DNA of 64,000 bases from positions 124,001 to 188,000 of the forward strand of contig NIVC01002100.1 of the NCBI GenBank assembly GCA_002269645.1, read 5' to 3'. A program made the position numbers and the translations under genes. Of this stretch, positions 11,319 through 24,100 are shown in pieces. How positions within the stretch are numbered: position 1 is the stretch's first letter; the number at the start of each line of letters is the position of its first letter. The notes beneath the pieces are model-generated. The model was not told the origin of the DNA. It worked only from the letters and a program-made list of their open reading frames with translations, and did no database searches. This stretch comes from Macrostomum lignano. Lineage: Eukaryota.

Positions 11319-14300
11319 ATGAAAGCCTTCTTCAGACACATCTACCTGCTGCAATGGAAGAACGCCAAACTCAAACAGCGAAACAAGGTATTTGAGAAAT
11401 TAAATATTGTTCTCATCATCAGGAAAACTTTCAGGTGCAATTCAATTCACTGCTTTCCCTCGCAGGTTCGAACCCTGTTCGAGGTGATCGCCCCGCTGCT
11501 GTCCTTCCTAATCCTCATTGCCGTGCGCCAGTCCCAGGACTTCTACCAGCAGTCCCCGGACTGCCAGTTCAAGCCGACCGCCCTGGCCTCCAAGGGCCCC
11601 CTAGTGGCCCTCCGCTCCTTCTGCTTCCTGGGCGTCTGCCGCCAAGGCAACCAGTCTTTCGGGGTCGATTCCGGCCTGCTTAATGACACAGAGTGAGTCC
11701 TGTTCTCAGCATGCAGTACATTTTAATCAAAACGGTCGTTTTCGTTTCCTTTAACTCTAATAAGGCAGAGCAGCGTTTCTTATTTCATGACTGCCTGCAC
11801 TTTTGCCATGATTTAGCACGAGTTCTCTACGTCTCTGCCCCCACTCTCTCTCTATTATAAATCATAATTACTTTGGCCATTCCAAGTTCGCGTGCAAAAA
11901 TAATTTTCGCACAGTTCTATCCGCGCTGCGTCACCGGCCACTGGCTCCGGCCTCTGCACTTTGCCCTCCACCCGACACACACAACAGTGTAGATAACGCT
12001 ATGCACTGGGCCTGCTCTTATCTCTGATCGACTGCCGCACCTCTGCCCTGCCTCTCTGTCCCATCTTGTCTACCTCTTCGTGTACCTCAACTTTCTCTCT
12101 CTCTACCTTTCTATCTCAATGCCATCGCGCTCCTTTCTGCCCTCCTTAGTGGGAGCTCCATTGTTTTTATCGGGGCCATCCAGTCTGAACTCGCCCTCGG
12201 CTCGGTCAACCAGCCTTTGAGAACAATTGGGCGCGCTTAATGGCCCCGAGTCGCTGTTATTTTGTCTAGCCCCTCCACCCCCCTCCGAGTGCTCGGGCAT
12301 GATCGGAGTGCCTCAAGGTTTTTTCGTCTCTTTTCGGTCCTGTCGCTTTGCTGTTAGCAGGCCCAGGTATAGCTCTCAGTAAACCAGCTGAGGGCTGCTG
12401 CTCTGGGCCTGGCTGTTGATGAGAACCCTTCTGGAGCAGGTCTAGATAGTTTATACTTTTGTCACAATAATCAAATGGATTCTAGTGCTTTCAGCTTGTT
12501 GATTAACTGGTTATTAGTGCGTCTGTCCGTTTGAGTTCGTCACAAGATGAAGTGTTTTGAAATTTAGAGTGTCAAAGCACTTGGCTGAACAGGACAGACG
12601 GGTCCAGTTCTCTGCAGCCCAGCTGCTCTATCACATCCATGCTGGTCCAGTTCTCTGCAACCCAGCTGCTCCATCACATCCATGCTGGTCCAGTTCTCTG
12701 CAGCCCAGCTGCTCCATCACATCCATGCTGGTCCAGTTCTCTGCAGCCCAGCTGCTCCATCACATCCATGCTGGTCCAGTTCTCTGCAACCCAGCTGCTC
12801 CATCACATCCATGCTGGTCCAGTTCTCTGCAACCCAGCTGCTCCATCACATCCATGCTGGTCCAGTTCTCTGCAGCCCAGCTGCTCCATCACATCCATGC
12901 TGGTCCAGTTCTCTGCAGCCCAGCTGCTCCATCACATCCATGCTGGTCCAGTTCTCTGCAGCCCAGCTGCTCTATCACATCCATGCTGGTCCAGTTCTCT
13001 GCAGCCCAGCTGCTCCATCACATCCATGCTGGTCCAGTTCTCTGCAGCCCAGCTGCTCCATCACATCCATGCTGGTCCAGTTCTCTGCAGCCCAGCTGCT
13101 CCATCACATCCATGCTGGTCCAGTTCTCTGCAACCCAGCTGCTCTATCACATCCATGCTGGTCCAGTTCTCTGCAGCCCAGCTGCTCCATCACATCCATG
13201 CTGGTCCAGTTCTCTGCAGCCCAGCTGCTCCATCACATCCATGCTGGTCCAGTTCTCTGCAGCCCAGCTGCTCCATCACATCCATGCTGGTCCAGTTCTC
13301 TGCAGCCCAGCTGCTCCATCACATCCATGCTGGTCCAGTTCTCTGCAGCCCAGCTGCTCCATCACATCCATGCTGGTCCAGTTCTCTGCAACCCAGCTGC
13401 TCCATCACATCCATGCTGGTCCAGTTCTCTGCAGCCCAGCTGCTCCATCACATCCATGCTGGTCCAGTTCTCTGCAGCCCAGCTGCTCCATCACATCCAT
13501 GCATCACAGTCTACCCGCTAATTATGATGAGTTTCGCTGGTAAAACGCAACCGCAGGTACCGGAACTTGTCCAAGACGCTGCAGTTCGCCAACGGAGCGC
13601 TGGCCAACCCAACCGTGCGGAAGATCGCCGGAGCGCTCGCCTCGCTGCCCACCAACTGGAGCGACCCGAGCCGTGAGTGCCTTGAGCAGCAAACAGTCTG
13701 CGTTGCTGTCTTCGTTTTTAGCATTTATTTGTTTAATGAGAACCGCAACCGATTGCAAACCTGCAGAGGCCAAACCGATCCTCCTGGGCTCGTTGTTCAA
13801 GAGCAACTCGTCCCAGCTGTTCGACGGAGTCGCCGCCACGGCTGAGCAGCGGCAGGCTGTCTATGCTGCCAGCTTCCCCTTCCCTGCGGTGAGCGCTTCA
13901 GAGCCTGCAGAATCCCTTAGCTGCTCAGTCTGGTGACTGCAGAACCCCAGCTGCTCAGTCTAGTGACTGCAGAACCCCAGCTGCTCAGTCTGGTGACTGC
14001 AGAACCCCAGCTGCTCAGTCTAGTGACTGCAGAACCCCAGCTGCTCAGTCCAGTGACTGCAGAACCCCAGCTGCTCAGTCTGGTGACTGCAGAACCCCAG
14101 CTGCTCAGTCTAGTGACTGCAGAACCCCAGCTGCTCAGTCTGGTGACTGCAGAACCCCAGCTGCTCAGTCTAGTGACTGCAGAACCCCAGCTGCTCAGTC
14201 TAGTGACTGCAGAACCCCAGCTGCTCAGTCTGGTGACTGCAGAACCCCAGCTGCTCAGTCTGGTGATTGCAGAACCCCAGCTGCTCAGTCTGGTGACTGC

Positions 14301-15066
14301 AGAACCCCAGCTGCTCAGTCTAGTGACTGCAGAACCCCAGCTGCTCAGTCTGGTGACTGCAGAACCCCAGCTGCTCAGTCTGGTGACTGCAGAACCCCAG
14401 CTGCTCAGTCCAATGACTGCCACCCCACATCACTCCCGCAGCGCTGGGACCTGTCCGTCAGTCCGTCGGTTCGAGTCACCCTGTCGATGGCACTGCTCAG
14501 CTCCGGTGCGGTGCCCACCCTGGTGTGCTCGGGCGCCAGCAGCGGCGTCAAAAACTGGATGGACGTGAAGGCTCTGTGCAACCAGACCGCCTTCAGGAAC
14601 AATCTGAAGGATCAGTTTGAGCTAGACAAAGCTCTGGACCAGGTGAGACGCTCTCCCATGCAGTTCTAATTTACATCTCCTTTCTCAGCACACCAAGTCA
14701 CCTACCTTTGCTGTTCTGTCGTTCCAGATGACCTCAACTTTGCCCAACAAGCAGACGATCAGCGTGGAGCTGTCCGACGTCACCAACATTGTGCTCCTCT
14801 TTCAGGAGGTCAGAAAAAGCTTTGCTTTTGCGTGTTTCACTTTCTTATTTTAAGGAAATCTGCTTCTGCTTTCCAGACTACTGATATAAGTAGCAATCCT
14901 CGCATTTTAATATTAAAATCTAAGAAACAATGAAAGACAACCTTGTTGGATTCATTTCCGTAGAACTTGTGCCGCTCATTCATCTTCTGATTCAGTTCGA
15001 CCAAATTAGAAAGGACGGCACGCTGAATGTCTTCAGCGACATCTACAGAAACTTGAGAGCTCTGAT

Positions 15067-15110
<44 letters not shown>

Positions 15111-18100
15111 GCGGCAGCAGCGGCAGCAGCATAACCCAGCTGCTGGATATGATCGACAGCCTCAGCCGGCTGGTGTGCGGCAGCGGGGCGACTGTCTTCA
15201 CTCAGTACGCCGATGTGCGCGCTCGCATGGTGACGCCACAATGCCGCCCACTACTGTTGCTGGCAGCAACTCGTCCATTGACCTCAGCGTCCTGGCCGGA
15301 GGACTGTGAGATTGTTGGGGAATTCCTTTTGTGCTCTTGTTTCTCTGAATGGGGCTGGGTGGCCCCGGCTTATCTGGCTGGGGCTGGGTGGCCCCGGCTT
15401 CTCTGAATGGGGCTGGGTGGCCCCGGCTTATCTGGCTGGGGCTGGGTGGGCAGTGGCCCCGGCTCTAACAGTGAATCTGATGTCTGTATATTGGCTTAGT
15501 GTTCCATTTTTGCTTCACATGACCATGTAAAAGTGGTCTTCCTTGTTTTCATAGCAAGCATTTTTTGCTCCATCGACCGCCTGCAGTTTGCTACAACACG
15601 AAGTACCAGAATGCCATTTTCGGCGGCATCAAGCAGCTGGCGTCTTCGCTAGGATTTGGCAGCATCTTCGACATCATTTTCGGCGTCATTCCCTATTATC
15701 CTGACGTGCCCCAGACTCGAAATTTTCTTTCAAAGGTAAGCGGATAATATATAATAGGGTGATTAGTCTTTTAGAAACTTTTTAGCCCTATATTTCACTT
15801 CTTTGGTGGATTTCAGTTAAACGAAACGTTTTTGAGCATGAGCATGACGTCGTATTTGGCGGAGAACTTTACCCAGGATGAGAGTCCGCGCATTGCCAAC
15901 TTTCTGGCCAACAGCAGTCAGATGGAGTCTGTCAGGGTGAGCAGTTTTGCTAGAATTGTACTAATTAACCTGCGTTTAAGTAAATCGTTTCACGTACGTT
16001 GCTCCGTGAGAGCCAACCCTATCTGCACACTGTGTGCGCTTCCTGACGACGAGAAATTCAGCGATCCTGTAGACGTACAGCCTGTGTAGAGTGTTCACCA
16101 GCGACGTACCTGTGTACAAGTCAAATGCCGCCTTTATTTTTTCACAGTACCCAAAATCCCACCTGTTTAGATGAACAGATGCATGGCTTGGCTCACGTTT
16201 GACTGTACAGTATCCAGATGCCAAAGGCTTATGGAGGCTAATTTATTCCTGGACAGACTGTGGTCCCGGTCCCGTGTTGCTACGAATTGTCTCGTGTTAT
16301 AAATATAGTAACTATAATACATGAAGCTAAAAGGGGCGTCTCACTTACCCATGACAACTATCTATCACATTACCACCGCAGAACGCTCTGACCACATGCA
16401 GCAACGTGCTCGGCAGCACACCGTACGGTCTGCTCTGCAGCAATTTGTCAGTATTTCTGGCTCCATACCCGGACATTGAGCCGCCCTCTGTTAGCATGGG
16501 CAACTGGCGAGACCTTCTGGACACGGTGGACTCTCTAATGCGCAGGTTGTACTTCTCTACCGCCTGCTTCCGCATGAATAAACTGTACGGCTTCGAGAGC
16601 GAGCCGCTGCTAGAGAATTACACCAACTTCCTGATTGACGAGTTCGGCAAGAATAGAGGCGTAACAAAGCCGAAGTTCATTGCCTCATTGGTGTTTGACA
16701 AACTGACGCCCAGCTTCACGAAGTACCGGCTGCGATACGAGCAGAAGTCGGTGGACGGCACGCGAAACTTTAAAGTGTTGGACCGCACATTTAGACCCAG
16801 GCCGAGGAACTCTTTCCCTACCGATTTCAAGTACTTCACTTCCTTCTTTTTGCACATTCAGGTGAGTCTCTCAGCATTTCAGTAGTAAAGTATCTTGTCC
16901 TGAATTCCCATGCCTACTGGACAATTTAAAAAATCTATTGCTTCTTGCCTGAAAAAATAAAGTTTATTAAACATTAAGCATCTGATTTGCTCATCCACAG
17001 GAGCTGCTTGAGCACGGCATCCAGGCAGCCGTGACTGGTGTGAACGCGCCGTTCCAGACCTATATAAACATGTTCCCGTCGGCCTGCTTCCAGCAGGACA
17101 ACTTCGCCAACGTGATGGGCTCCTTCCTGCCCATGATCATGACCATCTCCTGGATTTACAACGTGTCGCTGCTAGTGAACGCCATTGTCTACGAGAAAGA
17201 GACGCGGCTGAAAGAGATGATGAAGATCATGGGGCTGTCTGACGGAGTGCACTGGGTCTCCTGGTTCATCACCTCTCTGATCATCATGGTTATCGCTAGC
17301 GCTTTTATGGTTCTGCTTCTGAAAACCGGGCAGCTTGTCGTGTACTCAGACCCTCTGCTGTTGTTCCTGTTTATCGTGTCGTTTGTTGTGAGCACAATTT
17401 GTGAGGCCTTCTTTATTTCAATTTTCTTCTCAAACTCGAGCGTGGCGGCCGCCTTCGCCGGCGTGATCTACTTCCTCGGCTATGTGCCGTACAGCGTGGT
17501 TGACAGCTTCTCGGACAGTATGACTCGGCCGCAGTACTTGTTGAGCTGCCTTATTCCTCAGCTAGCATTTGGAGTGGGCTGCAAGTTCATTGGCAGCTGG
17601 GAGCTCGCTTCGGTCGGGCTGCAGCACAAAAACTTTTACGATTCACCGCTTGCCACTAGCGAATTTACATTCAACCAGGTTGGTTTTCCGAAAAATAATT
17701 TGTAGTTCTTCGTTAACAACTATCAGGTAACTAAGTCAAAGAACCGTTACTTAGCTGATGCTATCATATACCTAATACGTTTCAAAATCCTCAGGTAGTC
17801 GTTATGATGTGGATAGACTCTGGCATTCTGATGCTGCTCACCTGGTACCTGGAGAAGGTGTTTCCGGGAGCCTATGGAGTGCCCAAACCGTGGTACTTTC
17901 CGTTCTCGCCGTCTTACTGGTGCGGTCAGTCAAAGAAAGCTCTGACAGTTGATGTCGAAGGTGGCATTGACAATCTGGGCGCCTCTGCCTCATCCCTGGC
18001 ATCGTCCCCAGTGTCCGACTCGTCCAGATCCTCCCAAGAAAAGCCTGCTTCAAACGGAGTCACGGCTGGTGTAGAGTTGAATGGTCACAACTCTTCGCAC

Positions 18101-21100
18101 TTCGAAGACGAGCCAAAGCACCTGAGCGTTGGCATCAGCGTCAGGAACCTCACCAAGGTCTACGAGCCCGGCAGGTGCGCCTGCAAAAAGAATGCGAAGC
18201 CCTTCACGGCTGTGGACAATCTGAGCTATAATTTCTACGAAGGACAGGTCACCTCGTTCCTTGGTCACAATGGCGCTGGTAAATCCAATGCAACAGATAT
18301 TATTACTTCCAAGGCTCGTAAATTTAACACACGCGAAATTTGATCTCTGAATAACGGTATATACCTTGTGTTCTAAACAGGTAAAAGCACGACAATGTCC
18401 CTTCTGACGGGTTTGTACACACCAACATCGGGCACCGCCTTTATCGGCGGGTACGACATCCGCACAGAGATGGACCAGATTCGCCAACAACTCGGCCTGT
18501 GTCCTCAGCACAATGTGCTTTTCGACACTCTGACGGTGGAGGACCACATCTACTTCTACGGCATGCTCAAAGGCCTCAGCAGGGCGGAGGTCGCCCAGCA
18601 GGTTGACTCGTTCATCGCAGACGTCGGCCTACAGAAAAAGAAGTACGAAATAAGCAAGAATCTGTCAGGCGGGATGAAGCGAAAGCTGTCTGTCGCCATG
18701 GCGTTTGTCGGCGGATCGAAGGTCGTCGTACTGGACGAGCCAACCGCTGGTGAGTCGGCGGTTTTGTACCGACAAGATATTTCTTTCAGCCAACATCCGT
18801 TTGACAAAAAAACTGCGAATTTTAGGCGTCGACCCGCACGCGCGTCGCTCGATCTGGGACGTGTTGGCGAAGTTCCGTCAGGGCCGCACCATCATCCTGA
18901 CCACCCACCACATGGACGAGGCGGACATTCTGGGCGACCGAATCTGCATGATTAACAAAGGCCGTCTCGTGTGCTCAGGCTCTCCGATGTTTCTCAAGAA
19001 AGTGTTTGGTGAGGGCTACACCCTGACTCTGGTAAAGGCGTCCTTAGACTTCGATACGGATAAAGTTCTGAGCTTAGTGCAGTCTGAGGTCTCAGAGGCG
19101 AGCCTGGGGGAGTGCACATCCAGCGAAATCAGCATAAAGCTGCCATACAGCTCTGTGCCTCTGCTTGCTGGCCTGTTTGCTAGCCTTGATGAGAAAATGG
19201 CCAACTTAAACATAGCAACTTATGGTATCGAGGACAGCTCGCTTGAAGAAATTTTCCTAGCTGTGACGGGTTGCAGCTTGGAGAACAGCGAGGAGCTGCT
19301 CGATGATCCCTCTGTTGTCGGTTTCCGGCCGACTCTGCGGGAAAGTGTCCGGCGTAGGCAGCTGCAGCGCGCGATGCTCGGCTGCAGAAGTGCCGCTGAC
19401 AGCGTTGTTGGAGCCGCCTCAGAAGACACTCCTAGTGAGCTTCCTATCAACTCCAGCTCCGAGTGCATCTGCCCTTACGATCCTGTCGATGATGTGGTTT
19501 CTTCCGTGGCCTCTGCAGTGCCTTCAACTGAGCCTGCGTCCTTGCGAAAGCATGAGCCAAGCCGAACGCGTCGGCCTTTGTGGCAGCAAATCAAGGCGCT
19601 CTGGCTAAAACGCTTTCACGTTCTGCGTCGCTCAAAGATCGGATTCCTCGCCGAGTTTGTGCTGCCTGCAGTCTTTATCCTATTGACCCTTGCTCTGCTG
19701 CAAATTGTGCCCAAAGACGGCGACAGTCCACCGATGGAGCTGGCGCCCTGGTACATGCTCGGCAAGCCAGAGCGATCTCGCCTCAAGGACCTATCAGTGT
19801 TCCAGAGCCGCAGCCTGACCGCCTACCCAAACAACCACAGCCTGACCGACCTGTCCAACCGGCTGATGCTGCACATGAACAGCACGGACTTCCTCGGAAC
19901 TCGCTGCATGCGAGAGGATGTGTTCAGCAACCCCGACTTCCCGTGCAAGACGCAGCGACGAGGCTCTGTGTGGTCTGAGACTCCCAGCAACCTGCCCAGC
20001 AACACATCGTGGTGTCAGTGCTCGTACAAGGACTACCCGAACAGCGCCAAGTGCGTTGACTGGCCAACGCCAGCTCGTAAGTCTCTGATGAGCTCCGATA
20101 TTGTGGAGAGCATGCAGGGCTACAACCTGACAAACTACATTCAGTCAACAGTGATGGAGTACTACCGAAAGAGATTCGGAGGCTACACGCTGTTCGTGAA
20201 CGACTCGCAGCCAGTCAGTGCAGACGCGCAAAGTGCCAATGTTGAGGCGCAGCATTTTCTACGGACTTTAAATAACCTGACAGTCGGGAATTCAACAGAC
20301 TGGTAAGCAAAACTTGTTTACGTTTATTGATAAACGGCTCTGTAATATCCTGCGGGCCGTTGAAAGCGCAATAGTTTTAAGTTCTAAAACTTCAAAATTT
20401 TGCTGTTTAACAGGTTCATTGGACAGGTTTTGTCTTATCTTGAGAGCGTCCGGCTGCCAGCTAATCTGAGCTCCATTGTGAACCAAGTCTGGTTCGACAA
20501 CCGGGGCTACGTGTCCGGGCCTGCCTACCTCAACACCCTCAGCAACGCCATCATGAGGGCTCTGGCTAACAAGAGCATCGGCTCGCCTGACCAGATCGGC
20601 GTGTCCGGCTGGACTCACCCCATCACGCCTCGAACAACCTACATAAAGAATGTTCTTAACGCAAACACGGTAGTATCAGCCATGACAGTGGTGTCCATTA
20701 TCTTCGCCCTGTCCTTCATCCCCGCCAGCTTTGTGCTCTTCCTCATCTCGGAGAGAACCACAAACGCTAAGCACCTGCAGTTCGTGTCCGGAATTAACCC
20801 TACTACGTACTGGATCGTGAACCACATCTGGAACCTGTTGAACTACATGGTGCCGCTGACCATTGTGATCCTCTTGTTCGTGGCATTCAAGAACTATGAG
20901 TTCGTTGGTTCGCAGACCATCGGACCGTTCCTGCTGACCATGGTTCTTTTCGGGTTCGCCAGTGCGCCGCTCATGTACCCCTTCAGCTGGGTGATGACCG
21001 TTCCGAGCAAGGCGTTCACCATGCTAGCCTGCCTGAACTTGGGCATCGGGTTCACAACAACAATGTCCGTCACAATTGTCAGGATGATAGGCGAGCAAAA

Positions 21101-24100
21101 CAACGATCAGAGCATGATAAACACCGCTGATACTCTGAAAGCCGTTTTTCTTCTCCTGCCGCACTTCTGTTTGGGCCAGTCTCTCATGGAGTTAAACATC
21201 TACTACCAGGTATTGCTGGTCAATTGCAATTTAATTTTTTTGCTGCTTTAGAAACATTTAGGGACTACATTAATGATGGCACACTTTTCCTGCAGATCAA
21301 TGTCAGACTGGCGGAGCTGATGAAACAGACTGGAGCAAGTGCCTCTGACTTGAGCAGGTATGTTGAAGGTTTCGACGCGTATGACAACCCCTGGAGCGCC
21401 TCTGGCCGATATCTGGCCTGCCTTGTGGCGCACAGTGTTGTGTACTTTGCGCTCGTGCTGCTGCTCGAGTACAACTGCTGCTGCAAGCAGGGCCTCGTGT
21501 CCTCGCGCTTCTTCCGCCTCTTCTACCGCGCCGAGTACGAGCGCGCGCTGCGGCAGCCGGAAGCAGCGGAGATCGACGATGACGTGCTCGCTGAAGCTGC
21601 CAAGGTTGACGGAGCCGGCGCCAGCTCCTACTTGCTCGAACTGCAGCGGCTCGTCAAGATTTTCAGCACCAGCTCCGGACCGAGAGCCGCCGTCAAAGGC
21701 ATCAGTCTGGGAGTGAAGTCTCAGGAGTGCTTCGGCTTCTTGGGCGTCAACGGAGCTGGCAAGACGACCACGTTCAAGATGCTGACTGGTGAGTCGCTGG
21801 GAGCAGATGCTGTCCGTAGGTTCAAGAGGTCCTATCGATTTGCTTTTTGCACTTTAAATGCTCAATGCATGCATTTTCACCCTCGATGCCTCGATGACCT
21901 CAGGTGACCTCACACCGACGAGCGGAGACGCTCGAGTCGGCGGCTTCTCAATCCTGACGGAGGCTCTCGAGGTGCACAAGCAGCTGGGATATTGTCCCCA
22001 GTTCGATGCGCTGCTGCCACTACTGACCGGCAGGGAGACGCTGCAGCTGTACGCGAGGATTCGAGGCGTGGAGGAGGAGGACATCGACCAGCTGGTGGAG
22101 ACCATCTCAAAGAGGTTCGTCACCGATCTTGCTCTTGCTCGCGTTACTCTAATAAGTGAAACGATGGAAGTGAAATTGAAATTAAATGAATGTTACTCTA
22201 AAAAGTGCGCTTTTGAAATGAGAAGATTGTACGCAGGGCCACCTCGACACCGCAGGGTGGGCATCGAGGCGCACCTGGACAAGACCACTCAGGAGTACAG
22301 CGGAGGCAACAAGCGCAAGCTCTCTTGCGGCATCGCGTTCATCGGCAACCCGCCGATCGTGTTCCTGGACGAGCCAACTGCCGGCATGGACCCTGGAGCT
22401 CGCAGATTCCTTTGGCGCTGCATCCAACGCATGGTCACTGCTGGCTCGTGCGTCATTCTCACAACTCACAGCATGGAGGATTGCCAAGCGCTGTGTCACA
22501 GGCTCACCATCATGGTGAGAGCAGCTCAGTGCTGGTATTGCAGCTCATGCAGCAGCCAAGCAGCTCACTTTCCCCACCATACCTTCACTAACATCTCACA
22601 CAGGTGAACGGCAGACTGCAGTGCATCGGCAGTCCTCAGCACTTGAAGAACAAGTTCGGCCAAGGGTTCACCATCTTCCTGCGCGTTCGTCAGCCGCAGT
22701 CGCAGGAGGCGACATCCGCCTCTGCCTCGGCCTCCGCTACCATCGATAACACGGAAGGTCAGCTGGAGAGAGCTCACGAAGCGTTCATATCGGCCTTTCC
22801 GGACGCCATGCTGTGCGAGAACCACGCGGCTGTGCTGCAGTACCAGCTGAAGCAGACCGTGAGGCTCAGGACCATCTTTGAGAGCGTCCAGAGGCTCAAG
22901 GACAACGGTCTGGTGCTGGACTACAGCGTCAACCAGACCACTCTGGACCAGGTAACCTCATTGTTTAACCTCACAAGTAAAGCGTTTTTGCTGATAGCCT
23001 ATGACAGTGCATGCCAATTCCGGTGCTGCAGGTGTTCATCAACTTCGCCAAGAACCAGACGGAGACATCCGAAGAGACCAGTCGCAAAGACAAGGGTTTG
23101 CTGAAGCGGCTAAAAAGTAAGTGGGGGTGTTTTGACACTTGACCTAAGTCATGGTTTCAGCTGGTAGCATCTACAGACGACGTCAGCAGTGCCTGTATTG
23201 TTAGGGTAGTCTGAGGCTCCAACTGACCTCTACCTGACCGCCCCGACCCTGACCCTGTCGCTGCTCTCTTTAGGACAGCGCGCTTTTGTTTTCGTTGCTG
23301 TTGTTGGTGGTGGTGGTGGCGGTGGTGGTGGCGGTGGTGGTGGTGCTGGTGCTGGTGGTGGTGGTGGTGGTGGTTGTGGTGGTGGTGGTGGTGGTGCTGC
23401 TGCTGCTGCTGCTGCTGTTGGTGGTGGTGTCATTGTTGCTGTGGTTACTGTAAATGCAGGTCATCTTTGATCAGTGTCCCTATGCAAGCGGATTCCTATT
23501 TGGCTCCACGTCAAGAGCATCTCAGCCAGACTTTTTTCCTTTTGCCCAGACTGCATGAGCTCAAGGAAAGTCAGCGACGCGAAATTGTCAGACGAGGATG
23601 AGGCCGATGGTGCCCACAGCGGGTGCTCACGTGAGGCGGCATGGGCGGCCCCGGTGCTCAATGGTAGCGATATCAGTTTGAAATCAATAAAAGGCATGAA
23701 TAGAGCCGCTTTCAATTGTTCGCAAGTATCAATACTTATCGCTGATCAATTATGAGTTTGTCTCGTGATTCACCGCGCAAATTATAGAAAAATATTTCTA
23801 GTATTATGGATATGAGCCCCCGCTTCTCACTACTTCTTGATTGATTTGCTGCTTTTAATGCATACCAGAGTACACCGATATAGTTCCGGTGCATGCATTG
23901 TCCTGTTTCTAACAATGAAGTTAACATGCTCTTTTGACTTTGACAGAGCTGGGCCGCAAGAAGCCGGCGGCCCGCTACCAGCCTTCCAGCCAGGCTGCCG
24001 GCCCGGCGCCCCCGGTTGCTGCCAGCGGCGACGGAGCTCGGAGCGGCGTCTGCGATAGTGGGGACGCGGCGACTTGTGAGTTGGTTTTGTTAGTCTGCCG

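Noticed and set aside
13510-13539. Apparent 30-nt micro-exon in B ([11 protein letters not shown]) with a look-alike in A intron 2
   Set aside because: It would leave a 17-nt intron. Gene C splices exon 2 directly to exon 3 across a 63-nt intron, and phases already match without it. The segment contains the likely branch point (GCTAAT).
22115-22255. 141-nt in-frame, stop-free intron in NBD2 (mirror at 28748-28888) as a regulated retained intron
   Set aside because: With more than 50 introns in the window, one 3n stop-free intron is expected by chance. Retention would insert 47 aa into NBD2, and the B and C copies are not independent.
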